This document shows, piece by piece, positions 20,337 to 30,286 of a stretch of 64,000 bases of DNA (its first letter is position 1; every line of letters starts with the position of its first letter). Below the pieces are notes generated by a model. That model saw only the letters and a program-made list of their open reading frames with translations. It did no database searches and had not been told where the DNA came from. A program made the translations under genes and the position numbers. The stretch is from Thermodesulfobacteriota bacterium. Lineage in GTDB: Bacteria > Desulfobacterota > Binatia > Bin18. Where the stretch lies: positions 4,608,001 to 4,672,000 of the forward strand of contig OZ219926.1 in NCBI GenBank assembly GCA_964291405.2. The letters run 5' to 3'.

Positions 20337-22625
20337 TCACCCTACTTCGGCGGGTGTTTCGTGGTCCGTATCCTGGGGTGGTTCGAGCGGGAGGATCACC
20401 CGCATCTCGGTGAAGACGCCCACCTCGGTGTCGAGATGGATGGAACCACCGTGGCGGGTGAGGATGTCTGTGATGAGCGACAGGCCAAGCCCGGTCCCCT
20501 CGCCCGGCTTCTTCGTGGTCACGAAGGGTTCGAAGATCCGTTCGCGCAGTTCTTCCGGAATACCGGGGCCGTTGTCGCGGATGTCGAACTCGGCGTGATC
20601 CTCCAGACGACGGCTGGCGATACGCAGTTCCGGCGCAAAGCCCCCGTCCGAGTTTAGGCGTTTTTCATCGAGGGCCTGGCAGGCATTCGTGACAAGGTTG
20701 AGGAACACCCGGCCGATATCTTGGGGAACAACTTCGAGCAGGCCCATTGCCGGGTCGAGGTCTTGCGTCAGCGTCATATTGAAGTCCGAATTATGGGCGC
20801 GCACCGCGTGATAAGAGAGGTCTACGTATTGCTTCAACAGGGCGTTGACATCGGTCTCCCGCCAATTCCCCGGCCCGCTGCGGGAGTGTTCGAGCATGCT
20901 CCGCACAATGCCGTCGGCGCGTTGGCTATGCTCCTTGACCTTCTGGAGGTTCAGCCTGAGGTCGGAGAGGATAGGGGTGATTTCTTCAGACAGCTCGACC
21001 TCTCCCGTTTTCGCCTCCTCCATGACTTCCTCGATCTCATCAACCAACTCGACGGACACCTCGGAGAAGTTGCTCACAAAGTTGAGCGGATTCTTGATTT
21101 CATGGGCCACCCCGGCTGTGAGTTGGCCGAGCGAGGCGAGTTTTTGCTCGGCGACAATCTGTTCCTGCGCCTGCTCGAGATGTTCCAAGGTCTGTTCAAG
21201 GGTGTGATTCTTCGCGTCCAGCTCTTCAGCCAGCTTCTCGACCAGGTTCAACCGCTGCACTTCCAGGGCGTAGCGTCGAAACACTTCCAGGGCGTTGGCC
21301 ATATCCGTCACTTCGTCATTGCCCTTCACCTCAACCGGCACTTCCAGGTCGCCGCCGGCCATGGAGCGCATGGCTGTGGCTAGCCCGACCAGGCGGCGGA
21401 TCATATAGCGTCCCACAAATAACCAGCCGAGGAGGAGGGCGCCCGAGATGCTCAGGACGTTGAGGACTCCGAGGATCAACCGCCCGGTCTGGGCCGCAGA
21501 CTGGGCAGCGTTGCTGGATTCGACCGCCTCAGCGTTGATCTCGGTAACCAAGGTGTTCACCTCGGTCAGGAGCAGGGCGGAAGCCTCGCGGCCTTTTGCC
21601 AGCGCTGCCTGCTCCTGCTCCAGGCGCAGCAGGGTTTCTTCGCGCAGGGGGATGATCCCGGTATCGACCACCGCACTGGCCAGCGAGGGAAGGGCTTCTT
21701 CGCGCAAGGGGGCGCTCCCTTCATTAGTCTCCCCCATCTGGGCTAGGCGCTCCAGGTCGGTCCCAAGCAGGCTGTCAGGGGTCCGCGCCGACAGCCGCTC
21801 ATAGGCGCGCCGGAAGTTCTGCACAGTACTGCGGAAGCGCTCGCGGAGGGGCGGAAGCAGGCCCCGGTCAGACAGGACCAAGGCATTGCTCAACAGGAGC
21901 ACGGCGAGGTTGGCCTGGTGGTTCAGGCTCGTCAGGTCTCGGGAGTAGGCGAGTTCGGTTTCGGAGGCGCGCTCATTGATCGGGCTCGGCTGGTCTTGTA
22001 GGCGGCGCAGCCCTTCCACCAGATAGAATTCCTGGTCGTCGATCAGGGTCACGATGTGTTGTTCGATGCGTCGGTTCGTCTCGGCGAGTTCCAGATTGAG
22101 TCCTTCCAGCGTCTGGGAGATGACAAGGCGGCGGGCGGCCGACTGTTGGATGAGTTCCAGGTGGATACTCAGTTCGGCGAGGTGGTCTTCGATCAGCCGG
22201 GTCCGCTCACCAAAGGCGGTCTGGGAGGAGAGTTCCTGGATGAGAGTGCTGAGGGCAGACTGTTCTCTGGCCAACTCTTCGGCCACTGTCCCGTGCTCCT
22301 GGAGCGAAGAGGCAGCAATGAGGCGGAGGGCGCCGTTCACCACAACCGAACTCTGGCGCGCCGCGTCGACCGCACTACTCAGGTTGGGGATGCTGGATTC
22401 TGTCAGCCGAGAGCCATACTGGACGATCTGGTGAAAGGAGAAATAGGCCACCAAGCTGGCACTCAGGGTCAGCAGGACGCCGCCCAGCAGACCGGTATAG
22501 AGTTGTGGCCCGATCCCGAGACGGAACCTGTGTCCCTTTTCTGGTTCCGCTCCCTCTGACGAGGGAGAAGGGCGTAGGGCGAGGGCTTTTCCAGGGGCGG
22601 TGACGGGGCGGTCGTCGTGGCTCAT
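20337..22625 (-). CDS. Membrane sensor histidine kinase (TorS-like helical periplasmic sensor, HAMP, HisKA, HATPase)
   Basis: Two TM segments; HAMP segment GDLEVPVEVKGNDEV; H-box AHEIKNPLNF; NLVTNA, DNGPG, GTGLGL. Confidence 0.92.
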   Translation of the reverse strand: MSHDDRPVTAPGKALALRPSPSSEGAEPEKGHRFRLGIGPQLYTGLLGGVLLTLSASLVAYFSFHQIVQYGSRLTESSIPNLSSAVDAARQSSVVVNGALRLIAASSLQEHGTVAEELAREQSALSTLIQELSSQTAFGERTRLIEDHLAELSIHLELIQQSAARRLVISQTLEGLNLELAETNRRIEQHIVTLIDDQEFYLVEGLRRLQDQPSPINERASETELAYSRDLTSLNHQANLAVLLLSNALVLSDRGLLPPLRERFRSTVQNFRRAYERLSARTPDSLLGTDLERLAQMGETNEGSAPLREEALPSLASAVVDTGIIPLREETLLRLEQEQAALAKGREASALLLTEVNTLVTEINAEAVESSNAAQSAAQTGRLILGVLNVLSISGALLLGWLFVGRYMIRRLVGLATAMRSMAGGDLEVPVEVKGNDEVTDMANALEVFRRYALEVQRLNLVEKLAEELDAKNHTLEQTLEHLEQAQEQIVAEQKLASLGQLTAGVAHEIKNPLNFVSNFSEVSVELVDEIEEVMEEAKTGEVELSEEITPILSDLRLNLQKVKEHSQRADGIVRSMLEHSRSGPGNWRETDVNALLKQYVDLSYHAVRAHNSDFNMTLTQDLDPAMGLLEVVPQDIGRVFLNLVTNACQALDEKRLNSDGGFAPELRIASRRLEDHAEFDIRDNGPGIPEELRERIFEPFVTTKKPGEGTGLGLSLITDILTRHGGSIHLDTEVGVFTEMRVILPLEPPQDTDHETPAEVG

Positions 22626-23791
22626 TGCGACACCATTTTCTGGACTGGCTGAAAGCGTCCCTGACTATCAATGATGGTCAGGTAGACCTGGTCGGAGCCC
22701 TGATTGTCGGCCGGACCATAGCGCAGCAGGAAGCCGTCGAGGTCGATGGTCTCAGCCATCCGTAGCGCGTCCAGAAATCCTGCTCGGGTCGGGTTGGGTC
22801 CGGCCAGACGGAGGCCCTCTGCCACGAGGCGACCCGCTAAATACCCTTCCAGTGATACGAAGCCCGGTGGACTCTCCGGGTCCACCGCGGCCAGGGCTTG
22901 CTGATAGTGCGCGACAACCGGGAGGCTGACGTCGGTGGGGAAGGGAACAACCTGGGTGACATAGACCCCAGCCCCGTCAGAACCGAGTTCTCTCGCCAAA
23001 GCAGAACTCCCCACAAAGGAAATATTGATGAAATACGGGTTGAAGTCGAGCCGCCTCGCCCAGCGGATCAGGGCGGCTGCGGGTCTGTAGGCCCCGATGA
23101 TGACAATCGCCTCGGGCCGGGAGCGGCGCAGATCGAGCAGCGCGACTTTGACTGCCTCGGTGTTGCGCGGATAGTCCGCTTCCGCGACGAGGGGCAGGTT
23201 AAGACGGGCAACGGCGCGGCGTACGCCCGTTAGCCCGGCGCGTCCATAAGAATCGTTCTGGTAGAGAATACCGATCCGCTGCACACCCAGGTCGGCGGTC
23301 AGACGGGCTACCATCTCCTCGGTTTCCTGGTAGTACGAGGCCCGCATATTGAGCACATTGGGCCGGAGCTGGGCATCGCGCAGGAACTCCGCCCCGGTAA
23401 AGGGCGCGAGATAGGGCACACCGGCCTCGGTGGCAATCGGCTGGGCGGCCAGAGATGTCGGAGTCCCAACCGCACCAACCAGGGCGAAGACGTTGCGCTG
23501 GATGAGTTCACGGGTGTTGGCGATGGCCGCTTCGGGCTCATAGGCATCGTCCAGGGAATCCAGGACGAGGCGCTGGCCGTGTATCCCACCCTGCTGGTTG
23601 ATCGTCTCGAAGGCGGCCAACAGGCCGACGCGCATTCCTTGGCCCAGGGCGCGGGCCGGGCCGCTCAGGGCTGCGGACTGGCCGAAGACCAACTCTTCGG
23701 CGCCGACGGGCTGCATGGACTGCAACATCACGCCGGCCCAGGCAACGAGACCCAGGGTGGCGCGAAAAAGGGCGGGGATAGAGCGCATCAT
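22622..23791 (-). CDS. Periplasmic binding protein (LivJ-like / Peripla_BP_6)
   Basis: Signal peptide; GQSAALSGPA, LDDAYEP, VGTPTS, RASY, YQNDSYG, SLEGYLAG. Confidence 0.88.
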   Translation of the reverse strand: MMRSIPALFRATLGLVAWAGVMLQSMQPVGAEELVFGQSAALSGPARALGQGMRVGLLAAFETINQQGGIHGQRLVLDSLDDAYEPEAAIANTRELIQRNVFALVGAVGTPTSLAAQPIATEAGVPYLAPFTGAEFLRDAQLRPNVLNMRASYYQETEEMVARLTADLGVQRIGILYQNDSYGRAGLTGVRRAVARLNLPLVAEADYPRNTEAVKVALLDLRRSRPEAIVIIGAYRPAAALIRWARRLDFNPYFINISFVGSSALARELGSDGAGVYVTQVVPFPTDVSLPVVAHYQQALAAVDPESPPGFVSLEGYLAGRLVAEGLRLAGPNPTRAGFLDALRMAETIDLDGFLLRYGPADNQGSDQVYLTIIDSQGRFQPVQKMVSQ

Positions 23792-24978
23792 GTCCCGTCG
23801 ACAGTGGAGGAAGAAAGCAGGGCGCCGAAGCGCATGGCGACACAGGTAATATCATCCGATTGCGGCGCATCTCCGGCAAAGGCCTGCACTTCATCGACGA
23901 TCGTGGTCACAATATCACGGGCAGGTACCTGCCCAAGGCTGGCAAGTTTTGCATCGAGGCGCTCCTCGCCAAACTCCTCATCATTGACGTTCTGGGCCTC
24001 GGTAATGCCATCCGTGTACAGGAAAAGGGTATCCCCAGGGGCAAGCCGAACCTCGCCGTTGTGATATTCGTGTTCAGGGGCGATCCCGAGGACCAGATTC
24101 TCCGTGGTTGGTAGCACCTCGACCCGGGAATCGCTCCGTACCAAACGGGGCGGGTTATGACCACCGTTGCTGTAACGGAAGCTTCCGTCCCGCAGATCAA
24201 ACACCCCATAGAAAAGGGTAATGAAAATACAGGTTTCGTTGTCCTCGGCCAGCAGATCATTCACGAGGCCCAGACAGTCAGCGGGTGACGGGGAATCTCT
24301 GGCCGTTCCTTTGAGGAGGGTCCGCGTCATGAGGGTAAACAGCGCCGCCGGAATCCCCTTGCCTGAGACATCCGCGATGACCAGACCGAGCAGTTCATTG
24401 CTCAGGGGAAAAAAATCGTAGAAGTCCCCGCCGACCTCCCGGGCCGGGATCATGAGTGCCTGGACATCGTGGGTCTCGCTGCTCGGGACCTCCTTGGGCA
24501 GGGCGGACATTTGCACCTGCTGGGCCACATCGAGTTCCCGCTTGAGGACGACGAGCCGGTCCCGTGCCTCCTGGGCGGTTTCTAGGGCGCGGATATGGCT
24601 GAGCGTCTTTTCAATCGTGATGTCGAGATCGTCAAAATTGATCGGCTTAGTCACAAAATCGAAGGCGCCCCGGTTCATGGCGGTGCGGATGTTCTCCATG
24701 TCACCGTAGGCGGAAACGATGACGGCCTGGACGTCGGGTTTGGTGTCTTCGAGTTTGCTCAGTAGCGCAAGCCCGTCCATCACGGGCATGTTGATATCCG
24801 AGAGCACCAGGTGAATGTCCGGGTTCTCGGCGAGCTTTTCGAGCGCTTCCTGGCCATTCCGGGCAAAGACGAAATCGAATTCGCCTTTGCGGATACGACG
24901 GCGGAATTTCTGACGGATAAGCAACTCAAGGTCTTCTTCGTCGTCTACCACAAGGAGTCGGACGGGTGATGTTGTCAA
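23788..24978 (-). CDS. Response regulator receiver fused to SpoIIE/PP2C phosphatase (RsbU/RsbP-like)
   Basis: LVVDDE, LSDINMP, KP; EVGGDFYD, IADVSGKG, LYTDGITE, SDDIT. Confidence 0.93.
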   Translation of the reverse strand: MTTSPVRLLVVDDEEDLELLIRQKFRRRIRKGEFDFVFARNGQEALEKLAENPDIHLVLSDINMPVMDGLALLSKLEDTKPDVQAVIVSAYGDMENIRTAMNRGAFDFVTKPINFDDLDITIEKTLSHIRALETAQEARDRLVVLKRELDVAQQVQMSALPKEVPSSETHDVQALMIPAREVGGDFYDFFPLSNELLGLVIADVSGKGIPAALFTLMTRTLLKGTARDSPSPADCLGLVNDLLAEDNETCIFITLFYGVFDLRDGSFRYSNGGHNPPRLVRSDSRVEVLPTTENLVLGIAPEHEYHNGEVRLAPGDTLFLYTDGITEAQNVNDEEFGEERLDAKLASLGQVPARDIVTTIVDEVQAFAGDAPQSDDITCVAMRFGALLSSSTVDGT

Positions 24979-25007
24979 GGTCTGGTCCCTCTCTTCGGAG
25001 TCGGTGT

Positions 25008-25358
25008 CTACAAGGCCGCCAGCGCTTCGCTCCGGCTCTGACAGATCGTTAGGATGTTGGTGAATCCGCTGATCTCAAAGACATGGGCGATGTGTTCGGC
25101 CAGCCCGCAGAACAGGGCTTTTCCCCCTTCCGCCTGCATCCGTCGGGCCGTCACCAGAAGCACGCGTAAGCCAGCACTACTGATGTAGTTCAGGTCCTCA
25201 AAATCGAAGACGAGTGTCTTCTCGCCCGCATCGAGCTGTTCCCGAACAGCGCTTTCTAGCACCCCCACATTGCTCCCGTCCACTCGTCCCACCGGGCAGA
25301 CGATAACGGCCTTTTCACTGCGTTCGGTTTGCACGGACAGCGCACTTTCATTCGTCAT
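25008..25358 (-). CDS. STAS anti-anti-sigma factor (RsbV/SpoIIAA-like)
   Basis: YISSAGLR with the phosphorylatable Ser, FEISGF; GGAGG RBS before ATG 25358. Confidence 0.9.
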   Translation of the reverse strand: MTNESALSVQTERSEKAVIVCPVGRVDGSNVGVLESAVREQLDAGEKTLVFDFEDLNYISSAGLRVLLVTARRMQAEGGKALFCGLAEHIAHVFEISGFTNILTICQSRSEALAAL

Positions 25359-25839
25359 TGGTTTGCCCTCCAATCATGCTTTTCAGGGTAATACGATTGC
25401 GCCCGTCAATGCGCTCATAGGTGCTACTGTCGGTCAGATTTTTTACAAAAAAGATACCGAGCCCGCCGATGGGACGATCCGCAAGTCCCATATCGGTATC
25501 CGGCTCTGGAGCCTCCTCAAACGGGTTATACGCCGCACCGTTGTCCTCGAGTTGAGCCACAACGGTGTCTTGGTCAACGAATAGGCGGAGTCGAAGCTCC
25601 GGTTCGGCGAGATCGGGCAGGGCATAGCACACGCTGTTCGTTACCAGTTCGTCCAGAACGAGGTTCAGGCGACCCTGAAAGTCCCGACTGAGCGCGTGGG
25701 CAGCCCCGAATTCCCGGAGAGTCTGGGCGAGCATGGGAAGGGCGGACAGGTCCGAGGCGAGGGAGATATCAATGCTTGGTTGGGGTTCGCGGGACGACAT
25801 CGGTTTCACCATGATACGCGCGGTGCGTCCGCCGGACAT
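25348..25839 (-). CDS. Anti-sigma factor Ser kinase (RsbW-like HATPase_c_2)
   Basis: LVLDELVTN, EDNG, YNPF, RPIGGLGI; start may instead be 25812 or 25800. Confidence 0.9.
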   Translation of the reverse strand: MSGGRTARIMVKPMSSREPQPSIDISLASDLSALPMLAQTLREFGAAHALSRDFQGRLNLVLDELVTNSVCYALPDLAEPELRLRLFVDQDTVVAQLEDNGAAYNPFEEAPEPDTDMGLADRPIGGLGIFFVKNLTDSSTYERIDGRNRITLKSMIGGQTNDE

Positions 25840-26823
25840 TCAGGAAGCAGCCTGCGCTTCGGTTGGATAATAGACATAGGTCCGCTCGAGGGCCTCGTGA
25901 AAATTCCGACATAATATAACGAGATCGGCAAGGTCATACCAGCCTCCTCCACCATCCGTCAGATTAATCATGTGGTGGGAGAGGGCCGAATCCAGACGCC
26001 CGACGATTTCATAGGGCTCCGCCGGTAGGCGTCCACGGACCGGTGGGTCAATCGCCTCCAGGCTCGTCCGGAGCCGATTGACGGCGAAACGCAGTGAATA
26101 GGACAACTCGGCGTCGTACACCAGAAAGCTCAGCACCTTGTCTCTCCCGATCTGGGCACCGTGGAGTTGGCAGTAGGCTTCAAAGGCATTGCAGTCCCGA
26201 AGGAGGCCCGCCCAGTCACTATCCTCCTCGGCCGTGTCCCTGACGTTTGCACAATGCGACTCAAGGAGGGAGCCGACGAGTTGCGCCCGCTCGATGAAGC
26301 GGCCGACGCGCATAAAGTGCCAACCTGCGTCCCGGCGCATGGAACTCGCGCACACGCCGTCGAAGAGTTGTACCGTCTCGACAATGTCGCGGTACAGCAT
26401 AACGGGCTCCCTGGACCAGATGTCCACCAAGTTGGTGTCTCGTAAGCGCAGGTAGGCGCGGTTGAGGCTCGACCAAATCCCGTTGCTGATGGCGTCGCGT
26501 ACCTGGCGGGCGTTTTCCCGAGCCGCGGTCAGGCCGAAGATAATAGAGGCGGGATTGGTGGTATCGAAGGTCAGATAGTCGGTCAGGGTATAGCCGTCGG
26601 CGAAAAAGAAATCGTCCTCGTCCTCCGGGCCGCCGTAGATATCGGCGCCTGGAGGACGCGCATCAAGACTGCTGAAGAGCCGTCGCCAGCCATTGGCGAT
26701 CTCATGGACCGGGCTGGAGGGGAGGTGTTCGAGCTGTAACTCCAGGAGACGCGCGGTGTGTTCCACTCGTTCCAAGTAGCGGTTCATCCAGTAGAGAGAA
26801 TCTGCGACACGGGCGAGTATCAC
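25840..26823 (-). CDS. Alpha-E domain protein (DUF403)
   Basis: LARVADSLYWMNRYLER, ARENARQVR, GRFIERA (two ER motifs). Confidence 0.9.
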   Translation of the reverse strand: MILARVADSLYWMNRYLERVEHTARLLELQLEHLPSSPVHEIANGWRRLFSSLDARPPGADIYGGPEDEDDFFFADGYTLTDYLTFDTTNPASIIFGLTAARENARQVRDAISNGIWSSLNRAYLRLRDTNLVDIWSREPVMLYRDIVETVQLFDGVCASSMRRDAGWHFMRVGRFIERAQLVGSLLESHCANVRDTAEEDSDWAGLLRDCNAFEAYCQLHGAQIGRDKVLSFLVYDAELSYSLRFAVNRLRTSLEAIDPPVRGRLPAEPYEIVGRLDSALSHHMINLTDGGGGWYDLADLVILCRNFHEALERTYVYYPTEAQAAS

Positions 26824-28319
26824 GGCACATCCTCCTCAATGATCCAGGCGTCTTTGGAGCCGCCTCCTTGACTTGAATTCACCACCAGGCTGCCCTTGCG
26901 CAAAGCGACCCGGCACAGCCCGCCGGGCACGATCCGGGTCTCCTCCCCGTGTAGTACGAAGGGTCTGAGGTCAACGTGGCGCGCCTCAAGTCGTCCGTCG
27001 ATAAGGCACGGGGCACGCGATAAGTCTAGGACGGGCTGAGAGATATAATTCTCGGGCCGATCCCGGAGTGTGGCGGCAAATGCTTCCCGCTCTTCCTGGC
27101 TGGCGTGCGGTCCCACCAACATGCCGTACCCGCCAGACTCGCCCACCGCCTTGACCACCAGATTTTCAAGATGCTCAAGCGTGTAGGCCAGCCCCTCGGG
27201 TTCTCGGCAGAGAAAGGTTTCGACGTTGTCGAGAATCGGCTCCTGGTCGAGGTAATAGCGGATCATGCGGGGCACATACGAATACACTGCCTTATCGTCC
27301 GCAACGCCTGTGCCGGGTGCGTTGGCCAGCGCGAGGTTTCCGGCCCGATAGACCTCAAACAGACCCGGAACGCCTAGACGGGAATCCGGGCGGAAGGCTT
27401 TGGGGTCGATAAAGTCATCGTCGAGTCGCCGATAGAGAACGTCTACGGGACGCAACCCCTGGACCGTGCGCATATATAGCTGTGTCCCTCGCACGAGCAG
27501 GTCGTCGCCCGTGACGAGTTCAATGCCCATTTCTCGTGCCAGAAAGGCATGTTCGTAGTAGGCCGAGTTATACACACCGGGTGTCAGCAGGGCGATGCTC
27601 GGCTCTTCTCCCTTTCGAGGCGAGAGGGAGCGCAGGACACGCAGGAGTTCCTGGCCGTAGTGGTCGACCGCCCGGACGTGGTAGCGGCGAAAAACCCGCG
27701 GAAAGGAGCGCCGGATCGCCTCCCGGCAGGCGAGCATATACGACACCCCGGAAGGCACCCGGAGATTGTCCTCTAGCACCATGAAGCCGTCTGCGGTCCG
27801 TACGATGTCACTCCCGCACACCGACACATAGGCTCCGAGCGGCACCTGGACCCCCTCCATCTCGGGGCGGTAGTTCGGACAGCCCTGCACTAGGTCGCGC
27901 GGTATAGTACCGTCGCCAAGGATGTGCCCTTTGCCGTAGACATCGGCGAGAAAGAGGTTCAGCGCCTGGACACGCTGAATGAGTCCCCGCTCGATATGCT
28001 CCCACTCTCGGGCGAGCACGAGGCGGGGGACGCAATCGATGGGGATGACCCGCTCGATAGACTCCTCGTCCCCGTACACGGTGAAGGTGATACCCTCGTG
28101 GAGAAATGAGCGGGTCACGCGCTCCTGAAGTCGCGTAACCTCCTCCTGGGACATCCGCTCCATTTCGTTGATAAGGAACCGGTAGTGAGCACGGGGTTGC
28201 TCTTCGGACTCAAAGGTCTCGTCGAAAAACTGAGCGTCAAGCTCGTAGTGCCCAAAGAGCGAGGGTGCAGGGTCGCCGTCTCGACTGTGCCGCGCTTCAG
28301 GCAAGTCACGCGAAGTCAT
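26820..28319 (-). CDS. Circularly permuted type 2 ATP-grasp protein
   Basis: GITFTVY, VLEDNLRVPSGVSY, LTPGVYNSAYYEH, GTGVADDK, HVDLRPF, VVNSSQGGGSKD. Confidence 0.93.
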   Translation of the reverse strand: MTSRDLPEARHSRDGDPAPSLFGHYELDAQFFDETFESEEQPRAHYRFLINEMERMSQEEVTRLQERVTRSFLHEGITFTVYGDEESIERVIPIDCVPRLVLAREWEHIERGLIQRVQALNLFLADVYGKGHILGDGTIPRDLVQGCPNYRPEMEGVQVPLGAYVSVCGSDIVRTADGFMVLEDNLRVPSGVSYMLACREAIRRSFPRVFRRYHVRAVDHYGQELLRVLRSLSPRKGEEPSIALLTPGVYNSAYYEHAFLAREMGIELVTGDDLLVRGTQLYMRTVQGLRPVDVLYRRLDDDFIDPKAFRPDSRLGVPGLFEVYRAGNLALANAPGTGVADDKAVYSYVPRMIRYYLDQEPILDNVETFLCREPEGLAYTLEHLENLVVKAVGESGGYGMLVGPHASQEEREAFAATLRDRPENYISQPVLDLSRAPCLIDGRLEARHVDLRPFVLHGEETRIVPGGLCRVALRKGSLVVNSSQGGGSKDAWIIEEDVP

Positions 28320-28489
28320 GGTGATAATGCCACCCTTTCCGCCATAGTTGGCCAGATAGTCGGGATTATCGTCAAGTTCGACCGAGCGATCAGGATAGAT
28401 ACTAACACCCGACCTCTCAGTCTACAACTTTTTTTCTGATGACCCTGGCCGCTCTCCATCCGGGGGCAGGGAACAGCGTGTGACCGCTG

Positions 28490-29242
28490 CTAGCGAAACA
28501 GATCGGCGTCCGCCGGGCGTTTCAGGGATTCGCTCCCAACGTCGGCTGGTTTGAAGCGATAGCCGCGTATCAGAACGGCGGGCATGGCGGCACTCTTTTC
28601 CATCAGCAGGCCCGCGGCCGCAGCGAGTTCGTCAGCCACGGCAATGACGGTATGATGCAGTTCGCGGCCCTGAAGGTCTTCCTCGCCGCGCTGATCGTCG
28701 AGCGGGTCAAGGCCGGAAACGCCGAGCGCGAATTCGACCAGGCCGTCGCGCCACGGCCGGCCAAACGTGTCGGTAATAATGACGCCAATAGCGATGTGAC
28801 GCTGCCGCTCAATAGTCAGCCGCAGATGCCGAGCCGAAGCGTCCGGGTCTTTAGGCAGGAGAATGACGACATCGTCGGCAATGGTATTGGAGGCGTCAAC
28901 GCCGGAGTTGGCACACACCCAGCCGTGTTTACTCTCGGTGATGACCACGCCGTTTTTCATGCGGACAATCCGACTGCTCTCGGTCAGTACGACCTCGACT
29001 ATGCGCGGGTCTTTCTCCCACATGTCCGCAATTTGTATGGCAAACGGCGACGGGGTGACGGTCCGCAGGTCAACGACTGCGCCTTCGGCTTTGGAGACAA
29101 TCTTTTGGCAGAGGACCAAAATGTCTCCATCCTTGAGGCCGACTTTGGCGTCATCAATGGCTTTGAGCAGAATGGCGGGCAGGTCATCACCGGGCTTGAT
29201 CTGAGGAACACCAGGAATGGGGATAATGGCAATCGTACTCAT
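28490..29242 (-). CDS. cofE: Coenzyme F420-0:L-glutamate ligase (single domain)
   Basis: QKIVSKAEG, CANSGVDASN, LLPKDPDASA, ITDTFGRPWR, AVADELA. Confidence 0.93.
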   Translation of the reverse strand: MSTIAIIPIPGVPQIKPGDDLPAILLKAIDDAKVGLKDGDILVLCQKIVSKAEGAVVDLRTVTPSPFAIQIADMWEKDPRIVEVVLTESSRIVRMKNGVVITESKHGWVCANSGVDASNTIADDVVILLPKDPDASARHLRLTIERQRHIAIGVIITDTFGRPWRDGLVEFALGVSGLDPLDDQRGEEDLQGRELHHTVIAVADELAAAAGLLMEKSAAMPAVLIRGYRFKPADVGSESLKRPADADLFR

Positions 29243-29270
29243 GAAAAATCCTCAAGGTCCTCCGCGTGAC

Positions 29271-30251
29271 TCATGATAGAGCTTTGGGGCGTTTCTGATG
29301 GGCAAATTCAATAACCGTTCGGGCTAGCGCAATCGACTTGTCCATATCGCTCATGACGGTATCGGTGACAATAACAGCCAGCCCCATTTTTTCCAGGCGT
29401 TCGCGCGGTGTTGGGTCGTGTTCCACATCCTGCTGGTCGAGGATAAAGGTGTCCACAAAATCTTGATATAGCTTGGCGACCCCAACCGACGAGACTTCGA
29501 TGTCTAGGCCTTCAAGCATCCGGTCGGCTGGCCCTTTAATGGGCTTGCCTGCGACCAGGGGACTGATTGCGACCACGGGAGTAGTGGTCTCTCGAAGGGC
29601 CTCGCGCACACCGGGTAAGGAAAGAATGGGACCAATACTGACAATGGGATTGCTCGGCGGGAGGATAACCAGATCGGCGCCGCGAATGGCCTCGACGACT
29701 CCGGGTGAGGCCTGGGCCGTTTCAACGCCGCTGAATTCCACCTTTGAGACCTGCCCCTCACTGCGCTGTTTCACGAAATATTCCTGAAAGGGCAGGGGGC
29801 CCGCCTCGGTATGCACAACGGTCCGAACGCGCTCATTGCTCATCGGCAGCACGGTGGCTTCAATGCCCCACTTGTGAGTAATGGCCGTAGTCACCTGGCT
29901 GAGGGTCTGCCCCTGGCGCAGCGCTTGGGTTCGAAACAGGTGGGTTGCAAGATCGGCATCACCCAGGCCAAACCAGGTATCGGCATAATAGCGCCCGAGC
30001 GCCTCAAGGCAGCGATGGGTTTCCTGGGGTAAGCCCCAGCCTTTTTCAGAGTCAACGGCATTGGCCAGAGTATAAGTGACCGTGTCCAGGTCAGGAGAAA
30101 CCGACAGGCCAAAGAATTCTTCGTCGTCGCCGGTATTGACGATCACACTCAGGTTTGTCTCCGGCACCACCCGCACGACCCCGCGCAGGAATCGCGCGGC
30201 GCCCACACCGCCGGCCAGGGCGGTGATGCGTAAGGAGGTCAGGCTAGACAC
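29271..30251 (-). CDS. cofD: 2-phospho-L-lactate transferase
   Basis: LAGGVGAARF, VNTGDD, SPDLDTV, WFGLGD, FQEYFV, PSNPIVSIGPIL, KGPA. Confidence 0.94.
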   Translation of the reverse strand: MSSLTSLRITALAGGVGAARFLRGVVRVVPETNLSVIVNTGDDEEFFGLSVSPDLDTVTYTLANAVDSEKGWGLPQETHRCLEALGRYYADTWFGLGDADLATHLFRTQALRQGQTLSQVTTAITHKWGIEATVLPMSNERVRTVVHTEAGPLPFQEYFVKQRSEGQVSKVEFSGVETAQASPGVVEAIRGADLVILPPSNPIVSIGPILSLPGVREALRETTTPVVAISPLVAGKPIKGPADRMLEGLDIEVSSVGVAKLYQDFVDTFILDQQDVEHDPTPRERLEKMGLAVIVTDTVMSDMDKSIALARTVIEFAHQKRPKALS

Positions 30252-30286
30252 GGTCGAACGGGCGGAGTTGTCCCTCCGCTGTCAGA

